Positions 17,790 to 30,925 of a stretch of 64,000 bases of DNA are shown in pieces; the first letter of the stretch is position 1, and each line of letters opens with the position of its first letter. Origin of the DNA: the human T2T-CHM13v2.0 reference genome, Homo sapiens; assembly GCF_009914755.1 (NCBI RefSeq), contig NC_060928.1. One strand, written 5' to 3'. A model generated the notes under the pieces. The model was not told the DNA's origin and did no database searches. It saw only the letters and a list, made by a program, of their open reading frames with translations. The translations under genes and the position numbers were made by a program.

Positions 17790-18245
17790 CATTCTTTCTT
17801 TCAACAAATATCTATTAAGCATCTACTATGTGCCAAACTTGTTAAGGACTAGAGAAAGAGCAGTGAACAAATCAGACAAAAATCAATGCCTTTATGGAAC
17901 CTCAGTCTAACTGGAGAAAACAGGCAATTAAAAAGTAAGGAAAGTTTATTGTATAAAAGATAGTGTTTAGTACTATGGAGAAAAATATAGAAGATACAAA
18001 GAAAAGAGTAAAGAATTTTGCAGGAGGTGGTCTTGATAAAGCTAGCCATAGGAACATCATGAAGAGCAGTATTACAGGAGCAAAAACAGCACATGGAAAG
18101 GCCCTGGAGCAGGTGTATATCTGGAGTATTAAGGGAACAGCCAGGAAACCAGAGCAGCCAGGTAAGAGTGAGCAAAGGGGAGTAAGAAGTGAGGTTAGGA
18201 AGGAAGGAGGTGCAAGTAAGAGTCCCTCAGGACCTTGTAAGGACC
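17790..18245 (-). mobile_element. L2 3' fragment
   Basis: TCAACAAATATCTATTAAGCATCTACTATGTGCCA...GCAGTGAACAA...GAAAGGCCCTGGAG, typical of antisense L2. Confidence 0.7.
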
Positions 18246-19294
18246 TCGCATTAAAACATAGATGGCTTGTACTGCAGCATTTCTCTACAAGGCCCCAAGG
18301 AAGATAAGAAGATAGTCAACATCAAGAAGAATGTAACATTATTGGCCCTTCATTCAAAGAACTTAAAATTTCCAGGAAGTTGCAGCTAAATCAATGAAGT
18401 TACTTTTAACACACTCCATGGTTTTTTTCAGAACATAAGAAATGTTTATGCAGAGTTTTAAAAAGGGAGCATGGGATCCTTGGGGATTTCAAATAACCTT
18501 GTTATCGAGGGTCGGTAAAAGGAAAATCTAATGGGAAATGTGTCTTAAACAAGTAAAGCTAGAGAAACAGCACCTGCTACTGTGTTTTTTCCCAAGGGCT
18601 GGGTATTGGTAAGGGGCTAGGGTATTCTTTATACTGCAGTCTAAAATAGATGTATGTCATTCGGTTTAATGCTTAGTATTCAACAAGTATGAAGCAATGG
18701 CAATAACCTACCCAAGGTCCTTTGTGGACCCCCAGCACTCTTCCAGGAGGGTAACATCACCTCCACTTGTCACAGTCTCTACCAAAAACACACAGGTCCT
18801 AAGAAGGCTCCATGCCTTTCGTGTGTGATCACTATGTTAAACCCAAGGGTCTTCTATCTTTCATCCTGGGGTAAGGGTTGAAAGGCAAAATTTAAAGGCC
18901 TCTTCTTCTTGACAAAGAAGTCTACTTCTCCAGTTATCAAAAATCAATAGCATGACTTCTTGCTAGCAAGTGGGGAAAGATGCATTCCAGAATATCAAGG
19001 CAGGGCCCGAAGTCCATTATTTATGTAGATCATGCGCTCAGTAATATTACCCACTAAATATTAAATTGCTATTAAATATTACTGCCTAAGTAATTATAGT
19101 AATAAATTTCTTATAAAGCAAAGTTTTTGGAAAGGGATAATAAGTGTTCAAGAATCATACCAAGCATAATAAATATAGTCCCAAATTTTTTCAACTCTAT
19201 TCCTTAAATGTATGCCCTCAACTTCATTTATTCATTCATATTTATTGAGCGTATGTCTACTATACGCCAGGTGGCTGTACTGGTTATTGGAATG

Positions 19295-19312
19295 TGGGTG
19301 TGTGTGTGTATT

Positions 19313-19343
<31 letters not shown>
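19295..19343. repeat. (TG)n microsatellite, intron 2
   Basis: Direct reading. Confidence 0.9.
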
Positions 19344-19567
19344 ATGCATGTTGGCAGAGAATAGTATAAAAACACCAGCAAAATTGTACAGAATTTTTGA
19401 GAGAAAATTCTTCTCATTTTCCATTATTACATCAGTTCTTAGAAACCTCACCACTTATGAACAATTACTACAAGCTCTATTATAATTCTGCTCTACTGGA
19501 AATTATTTCCACTCAATAAACAATCAGTTACTTAACACAAGAAATCTAGATCTAGAATGAATCCTTA

Positions 19568-19702
<135 letters not shown>

Positions 19703-19704
19703 TT

Positions 19705-20210
19705 AGACCTAATAGGAAACACCTTCCATAAACAATGCATACTCTATACTTTAAAAGGCCTCTTCAGCAATTCATTGTATAAAACTGGGAATTTACTTTT
19801 CACCATTCTCAGTAAAAGTTCACAAGCTGTGTCATAACAGGAAGAATGGGCAGATGGTCATAAACCAACACAACAGTTCTGCAATTCATGGAGCTAGGGT
19901 GGAGTTCCTGTTTTCCTGCATTGCCAACTTCAAGGTCTTACAAAAGGATACGGGACATTGAAACCAAATGAACCTTCATCTGATGATCTCACTCCCTTGG
20001 GAAAGGACCCACTGACATTTCTTATAGAACATAGGATGTACACATTTGACTAAATTGCTGATTAACGAATCCCACTTAGACGGATTTTTATATAGTTCAT
20101 CTACGTACCCTGAAGGGAGTGAGAGAATCTATGACCTTGTCTCATTTTCCTTTATCAATTTTCTAGTGCGCTTCCCCTGGTAACCAAACTGCCACAGCTG
20201 AAATAATGGC
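19705..20210. promoter_or_regulatory. KDR/Flk1 intron-1 endothelial enhancer orthologue
   Basis: ATAACAGGAAG (FOX:ETS-like, ~19834), CAGATG E-boxes (~19851, ~19977), tandem ETS TTCCTGTTTTCCTG (~19905), GATA TTTATCA (~20151). Resembles the recalled mouse Flk1 intronic enhancer. Confidence 0.75.
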
Positions 20211-20263
20211 TCATAAAGACTGTACATTAAAAGCAAGGGAGAGAAACTGAGGAAGAGAAAACA

Positions 20264-20552
20264 TTCCCCAATTCCACACATACATGCATATTAATATACT
20301 TTTATGTATGTGTGGAATTTTCCCAATTTTACACATATGTGCAAATTAATATACTTTTCTGTCTACTGTAATTCATTAGCATTACCCTTTTTTAAAAAGT
20401 ATATGAATATTTTCGTGAAAAATTTTCCCAGTTTCACACATACATGCAAACTAATGTACTTTTCTCTCTATTGTAATTCATTAGCATTACCCTTTTTTAA
20501 AAACGTATATAAATTTTTTTAAGTGCAATGCTAATGAATTACAATTGGGAGA
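20264..20552. repeat. ~105-bp tandem duplication with two perfect hairpins
   Basis: Copies at ~20316-20413 and ~20421-20520 plus a partial copy at 20264-20303; inverted arms 20270-20285/20304-20319 (16 bp) and 20470-20488/20527-20545 (19 bp). Confidence 0.9.
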
Positions 20553-21414
20553 TCTGAACTTATTCATCAAAGCCCTGAACTCATCCTGACATCAAGCTTC
20601 AGACATAAGAAACTTGTCTTTACCTATAAGGGATAAGAACCAGAAAAGTACCATGGCATAGATTCCTCACCATGGGTCACTCTACAGCAAGATAACTGAA
20701 TTCTCTGTCAACTAAATGTGAAGAGCTATGAGGTGTTGAAAAAGCATGAGAGAAAGAAAAATTGTCCACTATGCTAGGGTCTTAATAAATATCAAGACCT
20801 AGAAAATACCAGCTTTAAAAAAGTAATTGATGTTGGGCAGGCACCCAAGCTTTCTAAGTCATATCAACTAAGAAAAAATGACTCCCTAGGCCTAAACTGG
20901 CATTGACCTTGCTGGGCAAATAAGAGAGTATGAACAAATAGGACGAAGTATGAGACGGAATAAATAGAGAGAGTATAAGTAAATACCCAGTGCAAACATC
21001 CAGTGCATTGAATCTGAGGATCCCAATATGAACAAATGCAGGCAAAATGAATAAGTGACTGCACATGTTCTCACACACCACACAGATGTGCAAAATAAGT
21101 TACTGACATAACTGGTCAATATCATGGTTTTTAAGTCAATAATATGGTTTTTAAAAAACTGGAAACTAAGTTATATCAATATATCTCAGAAATTAACTGG
21201 CATTGGTACTGACTTATGTTTAGAACAGTTTTGTTCTTAAGACTTTAGACTCTGTCAGAATATCCCTGGGTCTACAAATCTGCATTTTAACAAGCATTTC
21301 AAATTATCCTACCACAGATGGTCTATGGGCCACTCTTGGACAGTTGCTGGTCTGGGTGGTCATGTTTAATTAATTTGCACAGTACTTTGTGCGTGGAACG
21401 GGGGTTACATTTAT

Positions 21415-21541
21415 GTTTTAAATAGAGAATGGGGTCTCGCTATGTTGCCCAGGCACTTCTTGAACTCCTGGACTCAAGCGATCCTCCTGCCTCTGCTTCC
21501 CTAAGTGCTGGGATTACAGGAATGAGCCACTGCACCCAGCC
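21415..21541 (-). mobile_element. FLAM-type Alu monomer
   Basis: GGGGTCTCGCTATGTTGCCCAGG...GCTGGGATTACAGG...CCCAGCC. Confidence 0.85.
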
Positions 21542-23698
21542 TGCACAGTACTTTTTAATATGAAAGAAATAACTGCCCCCAAAACAGGCAAACAAAAAAC
21601 CAAAATGTTTAAAAGCAAAATGAAACCTGGAGTCCCACTTTGTCTAAGAAAAGGAAAATGAAAACAATTCATTTGGATAACACAGATTTCAAACTTGACT
21701 GGGGAACACTAGGTTGAGAAAGATGCTGAAAACATGATGTACAATTCACACTGCCATCCAAATGAGAAAAAAACCATTATTTGGGCACATTCTTGTGAGA
21801 AAACAAATGGCAGTAAAAATGATTCTCAATAAACTGTGCCCACTCGGCTACCAAAATCAGAAACTCTTGAAGGTCTCTCATAATTTATTGCCACAGATCA
21901 CATTCTAGACACACTTTCCTGTGTAACAAATATTTTAAAAAAGAAAAGGTATGTCCTTCATTCATAGGAAGCTGAGACTATGCCATACTATTCTAGAGAC
22001 ACGTTTACAACAAAAATCTATTCAACAAGGCTCTCAATAACTTCAAATTCATATTTGTAGACCAACATAGTTTTTTGTTTTTTGTTTTTGCTCCATTAAA
22101 TGTCATTCGTTTTCATTGGCAAGCTTGAGCTGGACTCTTCAGAAAGTTCTAAAGAAATAACTGTAAGAGGTACATATGCTACTACTCAATAAAAAGCCCT
22201 TCTATGTTCAAATCCCATAACCAATATTAATTAATTTGTGCACTGTTACCCTTCCAGCTCAAAGACGGGAAGGAAAAACAACAGTGCCTCTGTCTCTAGA
22301 ATTTGATGGCACCAATTACAGCCCAATCCAATTAAGCAAGTAATGCACTCCAAAAGGGCAAGTTCACCATTATATTCAGGGCGACCGGCCTGCCGTTACT
22401 ACTACGCTAGGAAACACCCCAGGCTTAAAAGCAACTCACTTCTTTGTGGAATACAGAGCAACCACATGTTCCAGACCTTCATTCTCTGCCCAGAAAGGGG
22501 GAGAGAGAGGGCTTGTCTGGGACAAATGAGTGTCCATGGTGGACTGGACCCGTTGAACCAAGTCATTATAAAGAAAATTCAGTAACCATGGACAGATGAT
22601 CCTGGTACTGTATGTGGGTGTGAGTGTCTTCTAAGACATGTGATTCTTGTCTTAGGAAGTAAGAAATTTTTTTCCCTGAATTATTCGACTTTTTTTTTTT
22701 CTTTCTCTGACCCTTTCCCCTTTCTCACCCTGCAAAGGGTGGAAATCTGGATATCAGCAAACTGGCTGCAGGAAAGAAATATTATCTAAGGGGTTGAGAG
22801 AGAAAGGAAAGTGAGGAAGAAAAGACAGACAGCTATTGCATGAAGAACGTGTGTGTTCCTAATTGAAGGAGACGGAAATTTTAGGCGGCAGGGAGAGGAA
22901 GGAATGGCACTAAAGCTAGGTACCAAGGCCCACAGGAAAGGTTTTCGGAGCTTGAACTTCTGACTATGCGCTTACACCAAGGACCACAGCGCTTTGAAAG
23001 ATGTGCAATGCTTTACGCAGGACAGTTGGCTGTTACTTGGAGACCCTTGGGGAAGCTGTCAAAGCCCCCAGGACAAGTCCCTATTCCCCCCCTTCTTCGC
23101 TCTGCAAGGAGAGCGGCGTCCTGCACCAAGGAAGGAAAAAAAGTTTCTCTCCGCTCCAGACCCCACTTCACACAGTGGGTGTGCAAGTGTGTTCGAGCAT
23201 GAAGACAACAACGGGCCGGGTCCCGCAAAGAGGCAGAACCGAGTGTACCGTCCGATCCCGGAGACCCGGCCTGAGATTCCGGCAAGGTTTTCTTCCCCGG
23301 GCCCGGACTAGGATGTTGCGCGCAGCCAGACAACTTTTCACCGCCTGTTCTCGCCTGCGGAGGCACCTCCTGCCTGCCAACCCCAGGCGCCTTCCCACCC
23401 CAGCCTCCCAAGAGCCTGAGGGTGTGTCGGCATCTCAGGACACGCTCCAGCCGAGGTCCCTGTCGCAAACCAGAGTCCTAGAAAAGGAACTGGGCTAGAG
23501 CACAGGCGACCACAGACTCGCTGGGTAATCTTGGGCCAGTCTCTGAGCCTCAGTTTCCCCACTGGTAAATGAAAGATCGCAAAATGTCAAGTCCTGTCCA
23601 ACTCTCCAGCTCTACGATTCCGAGTTAGATCTGGCTTTCAGGTCCTCTCCGCCCTCACCCGACCTGTCTGCCTTCCTCCTCCAGAGTGGGCTCCTTAC

Positions 23699-23765
23699 CC
23701 ACAGAGGCGGCCCGGGTCTCCACGCAGAGCCACAGGGCGACGGCCAGCAGCACCTTGCTCTGCAT
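23699..23765 (-). CDS. KDR: KDR exon 1 coding part (67 nt), signal peptide
   Basis: AGG ATG C; encodes MQSKVLLAVALWLCVETRAASV; donor G|GTAAGG. Confidence 0.99.
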
Positions 23766-24067
23766 CCTGCACCTCGAGCCGGGCGAAATGCCCAGAACTC
23801 GGGAGCCGGTTCTTTCTCCCAGCGCCTGTCTAGAGAAGGAGGCGCGGAGGTGGAACTCGCGGCACCCCGCAGCGCAGGACAGTTGAGCGCACAGGGCTAG
23901 GGAGCCCGGGCGCCGACCGCGGCTGCAGGGGCGTCTGCGGGTGCCGGTAGGAGAGGATATCCAGGCTGCCAGACGGACTTTCTGCGGCGCGCAAGTGATG
24001 CCCGGCGCAGGCAGAGGAAACGCAGCGACCACACATTGACCGCTCTCCCGGGGTCCCGGGACTCAGT
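23766..24067 (-). other. KDR: KDR 5'UTR (302 nt), including palindromic GATA site GGATATCC at 23955-23962
   Basis: Transcript start ACTGAGTCCCGGGACCCCGGGAGAGCGG matches the recalled KDR mRNA 5' end; TATA-less, initiator-like start. Confidence 0.85.
23830..24036 (-). CDS. Upstream ORF in KDR 5'UTR (68 aa, polymorphic uAUG)
   Basis: ATG at 24036 (weak context TCA ATG T) to TAG at 23832-23830, ending 64 nt before the main ATG. Confidence 0.6.
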   Translation of the reverse strand: MCGRCVSSACAGHHLRAAESPSGSLDILSYRHPQTPLQPRSAPGLPSPVRSTVLRCGVPRVPPPRLLL

Positions 24068-24245
24068 GCAGGGTGGGAGCTGGAGCCGAAACTCTAGAGC
24101 GCGGAGGCGGGGCCATGCGGGGCGGGGCCGGGGCGGAGGAGGGGCTCTCCCGTGCGGCCAGCCCCGCCCCTCACCCGGGTACCCGGCGGGGATCTCCAGC
24201 TCCCCAAGCCCATTTACATCTCCCCATTTCCCCACACAACTGGAC
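24068..24245 (-). promoter_or_regulatory. KDR: KDR core promoter: GC boxes, NF-kB-like sites, G4 motifs, E-box
   Basis: Multiple GGGCGG; GGGGCTCTCCC (24141-24151); GGGGATCTCC (24188-24197); G4 motif GGGTACCCGGGTGAGGGGCGGGG (24184-24162); CAACTG ~24237. Confidence 0.85.
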
Positions 24246-25514
24246 TGCGCTGGGCCCCAAGTCGCCCAGGAGAGAACATCCCAGAGCAACAACTTTGTTT
24301 CTGGTGTAAATAAAAAGTACTCGGTAACGAGCGCTGAGCAACTCCAAGATTTAATCGCTTGCCGGTCCCCGGAATTTGGGGAGCATCACCAGGAGCGCTG
24401 CGAAGAGCACCGCTCCCTCACCAGGCGCGTCAAAGTGCAGGACTCTCTTCGCCATCGCGCGCGTCTGAAGTGGCCGAGAATCTGCAGCAGTTTGGAGCCA
24501 CAAGGGAGAAGCGGATACTCAGCCAAGTATGCCGGGTCGCAAGCTGGCAGCGACTCCTGCCAGTAGTTTTGGTTTTTGTATAAGGGTATTTTGTTTGGCC
24601 AGTATAATTGTAGTTTAAAAAGCTGAATCTGGTTGCTCTTAATCAGAAAACGCACTTGCCCAGTTCGCCAGCATTCCCGCTATTTCCCAAAATATTTGGC
24701 GGCTCCAAGTTTGAAGTGACCTGCCTAGCCCCAAGAAGGCTTTTGTCCATCGTGCTCCCCAACGAAGAGCCCTAGTGAAAGTTTGGCCATGCCCCTTTTC
24801 AGAGCAGAGCTTCCAGCCAAGATATCCTTAGGCCCAGGGGAAGGAGGCCAGCTGCCAGCGTGCTTCAGTGGAGGAGCAATGAAGCAAAAGCACCTAGGAC
24901 ACTCTGTGACCAAATTGCACAACTGTCTCCACGTGTGTGGACTTCTTGTGGCAGCTGTTTGGAGGGGAACTCCAATTCCTTCCTGACCACATTCGTTCCT
25001 TCTGGTTTTCTGTCCATATCTCCCCACACCTGGGGAGTGACATCAAATGTCCCCTAACTTCATTAAATATGAATCTTCCAGATGCCTATGTCTTTTACCT
25101 CCCAGAGGTGCTTTTTAATGACAACCTAAAGGACCATTCTTCACCAAGATAAACACACAGAATTATTATATCTACACCTAATTCAAACTAGATTGATTGT
25201 ATACAATTAATGTAACCTGTTACTTATCTTCATCTGTTTTTAAATATTTACTGTATTCACGCTTTTACTTTTCCAAGTTGACAGGTGAAATATTTTAATG
25301 CTGAAATATAATGAATGTATATGGCAAAAAAAAATTTTGGAAAAACACAAAAAGGCTTAGAGTGAAAAGACTTTTCTTTTGGCAGAGGCATTTTTATGTT
25401 TCCTTTTTTTTCCAAGCAGATTCTTAAACACAAGTATGTAGACATGTCACCCTTCTCTTCCCACAATTGCTTGGTATAAATGCTATTTGAGCCTTGGCTT
25501 TTTTCCCTTTAAAT

Positions 25515-25645
25515 TTGATTTATTTATTTGAGACAAGGTCTCACTATGTTGCCCAGGCTGGTCTCCAATGCCTGGACTCAGTCCATCCTCCTGCCTCAGT
25601 CTCCCAAAGTGCTGGGATTACAAGCACGAGCCACCCTGCCCAGCC
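25515..25645 (-). mobile_element. FLAM-type Alu monomer
   Basis: GAGACAAGGTCTCACTATGTTGCCCAGGCTGG...CCCAGCC. Confidence 0.85.
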
Positions 25646-25701
25646 TTCACTTTATAATATACACTGGAGATTCGTTCTACATCAACCTTTAAAGCTCCAT
25701 C

Positions 25702-25780
25702 TTTTACTTATTTATTTATTTATTTATTTATTTTTATATAGAGGCAGGGTCTCACTATGTTGCCCAAGCTGGCTGCGAAC
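25702..25780 (-). mobile_element. Short truncated Alu-monomer insertion with TSD
   Basis: (TTTA)n tail plus GAGGCAGGGTCTCACTATGTTGCCC, flanked by AAAGCTCCATC at 25691 and 25781. Confidence 0.75.
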
Positions 25781-27106
25781 AAAGCTCCATCCTTCCATCT
25801 TTTCAATGTTGGCATAGTGCTCTACTATATAGATGTACTCATATTTATCTGGGAGGTATTTATTTGGGGAGGGGAGAGAATCTTTAAAGAAACTCCTCTC
25901 TTCCTGCTAGTAAACTCAGCAAATAAAATAGGATGGACTCTGGCAAAGTTGGATAAAGGGGTGGGAGATGGAACCTGGTTTGGAGAGGGCAGTTTTTCTC
26001 CATCCCCATCACCAAACAATTCCCTATCAGCCTTATTTACAGTTCATGACACTTCCTCTTCCATGTCTCATTTAAGAAGATAGTGTCTCCTCTGAATGCA
26101 AACCAGAACCTGCAGGCCCGTGGTAATAGCCCCCTTTAGAAGTCTTGGAGGAAATGATGCGTCTTTGATGGCCGCAAGACCAGAATTTGGCAGAGTCTCA
26201 ATGAAATCAGTTTACCACATTCCCTCCCACACAGCACTTAGAAGTGCCTTAGGTTCACAAAAAAAAATGGCAAAGTCTGTTAAAAAAAAAAAAGATAGAA
26301 AAGAAAGAAAGAAAGGCTGTTCCATGTGCAGCACCCTCTCGTTATCTGGCATTGCAAAGGAGTGACTTTTGTGAGTTAACCCAACAGTAAGGCACCTAGC
26401 AAAGTGCCCCAAATGTGTTGAGTGTTCCATAGATGCTATTCAGATGCCACAGCAGAGTAGTAGCTAAGTGCACAGACTCTGGATTTTATTCCCAGATCTA
26501 CCGCTTACGATCTGTGTGATCTTAACCAACTTACAAGTAACTTATCTATGAAACACAAAAAAATTTATAATAGTACCTTCTTCATAGGGTTCTTACAAGA
26601 ATTAAAGGAGTGACTGCATGTAAGGCACTTGGAGTAGGCCCCAACACAGCTAGTAAAGATCTTGGACATAGAAAGCACCAGATACACATTAAGAAACATT
26701 CTGCAAAGGTTGCTTATACTACAATGCATGGGCTTCTTCATGCTGCTGAGATCTAAACTGCTAAGCAGGCTCATTCATTCAACAGTTTTTGAGCACCTAC
26801 TATATGCTAGGCATTGAACCAGGAACTGGGGTTACGATGGTGAAAATAATGTCAAGATGAGCTTAAATGAGGAATCATTGTAATAGCCTCACCCAAGACA
26901 AATTTAATTTAATCTTTAAGCACTTCTTGTCTCCAGCTACTTTTCTGGGCTTGTACATACAGAATATACATTGTTCATACTCAAAGCACACTGCATAAAT
27001 TACTCTCCATGATCTCCAAATTTGGTTACATTACCAACAGTATTTTGGACTCCATGTCTTAACAAGTTATATGAAGATTTGTCAAAGGTTAATAACTGTG
27101 GAAGTT

Positions 27107-28868
<1,762 letters not shown>

Positions 28869-29331
28869 AATAACTGTGGAAGTTGAACAGTGGTACTTAA
28901 AGATTCATTTGACTATTCTCTCTACTTTTACGTGTTTGAAAGTTTCCATGATTAAAAAAAAAAAAAATCTGTTTTAAATGACTGTAATCAAAGGGATGCC
29001 CAGGCCAATATAACACTAACTTTTCCATTGTCTTTTCCTTGATTTGGTGAAAATAAGGATTTGGAATGTCCTTGAGCATTATCTTTTAATCATTTCAGGC
29101 AGCAGCTTCATCATTTGTCAATGAAAATAATAATTCTTACCTATCTTAAGGACTGTTACGAGACTCAGATGAGATCATCTCATGGAAGTGCTCTATAAAG
29201 TATAAAATGGTGATGGTGGTAATAAGGATTCAATAGATGTTTAATTTTCTTCCTTAAAGTACTTGTTACCAAGGCCTTTCATCAGGTGTCTTCCACACAT
29301 ACCTTCATCGCCTAAGAACATCAGCTGTTCA

Positions 29332-29498
<167 letters not shown>

Positions 29499-30744
29499 GG
29501 TAGTATTTTCTATATTTCTTTGAGATATAGATATAGATATAGAGAAGAGATACATGGAGACATACATGCATAATAGAAAATTTTGCAGAAAATATCTAGA
29601 AGGGTACACACCAAAAAAATACCTACCTTGGGGAAATGGTTGAGGCACAGAGGCAGAGGGATGAGAACATGTACTTTTTGCTTCATATATTTCTATAATT
29701 TTTTTCAAACCAAGAAAGTATTACTTTTACAAATAAAAAATATTATAAAAGACATCAACTCTCTTTTCTAGGGGCTGTTATATTTTTAAATATGACCATT
29801 TATTGATTACATGTTTGCATTGACAACTTTGTCATGTTTACTGTATTTTTCTTTCCATGTTCATTTATTTTCAACTTACCAGAGCCTATGACTACCTCAC
29901 CAGATGTTGGCTCAGTTTCATAGCCCATCCATACTTACAACTATTGCGCCTTGGGAGATCATGAGCATACCCTTTGTTTCTCATTATCTACCTTCTTTAA
30001 ACATCTAAGTTTATTTTACTCCCTGTGAGATTTATTCATTTAACTTAAGCTATATTTGTATGTTCAAGAAAAAGAAGGCTATGTCACCACAAAGCCAGGC
30101 CTGCCTTGAATGTGTCCAACAGTGTTCAATTTTATTCACAAAGCCTTATATTCTAGTAAATATAAAGCAAACTCTCCATCCTTTTAGTGAAAGAGATTAA
30201 AGAGAACTTGATCACTTGCTCCCTGCAAAGGAAAAAAATCTCAGTTACTATAAACACGTATAACTATGTTCCAGTCCCAAACTCTCCCGTATAATTTCTT
30301 GGAATATCTCACATGAGAATAGATACAATAATTTTTAAATGTGTAAAATATGCAAAGAATTTAAATAACCAACTGAAAGTCCACCCAGCACCAGAGAAGG
30401 GTGCTAAAAAATATTAAGAGCTAACACTTTTTGAACACATCATTTGAGCAGGCTCTGTTCTGAGTACTTTATTTCTCATTTCATCCTCATAACATCCCAT
30501 GAGGTGGCAAGCACTATTAGTATTCCTTAGAAAGAAAAGAAGTAAAGAGAAAAAATATTTATTCTTAATTTAAGTAAATGTCCCTTTGCCTTCCTAAAAG
30601 TCTTGCCCAAAAAAAAAGTTGTTATATCTCTTTGTAAATAATCAATGAAGTTTTTTCATCAATAATTAGGAATATGGTAAAAAAAAAACAGGGCATTCTT
30701 TGCTTTTTTCAATAACAATAAAAAGAAGGGGTAGATTTTTGGAG

Positions 30745-30925
30745 CAGTTACTATGTGTCAGGTATTTTCCTTGGATTATCTTATTTAATGCACATAATAA
30801 CTCAATAGAAAAGATACTATAATTATTCCCATTTAAGGGAGATGGGAAAATGAGGTTTAGAAAGTTTAAGTAACTTTTCCAATGTCCCATAACTGTAAGT
30901 GGTGGAATCAGGACTTAAAAGCAGA
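30745..30925. mobile_element. MIR
   Basis: ACTATGTGTCAGG...TATTCCCATTT...GAGGTTTAGAAAGTTTAAGTAACTT. Confidence 0.6.

Larger units (their letters stand above)
23100..24560. promoter_or_regulatory. KDR: KDR promoter CpG island
   Basis: Dense CpG and high GC spanning the promoter, exon 1 and the start of intron 1. Confidence 0.9.

Noticed and set aside
20264-20552. CRISPR-like repeat-spacer interpretation
   Set aside because: Only 2-3 degenerate long units without unique spacers, in human intronic DNA.
22966-24655. Many overlapping 70-176 aa ORFs on both strands
   Set aside because: Expected stop-codon depletion in a GC-rich CpG island. Only KDR exon 1 and the AUG-initiated uORF are supported.
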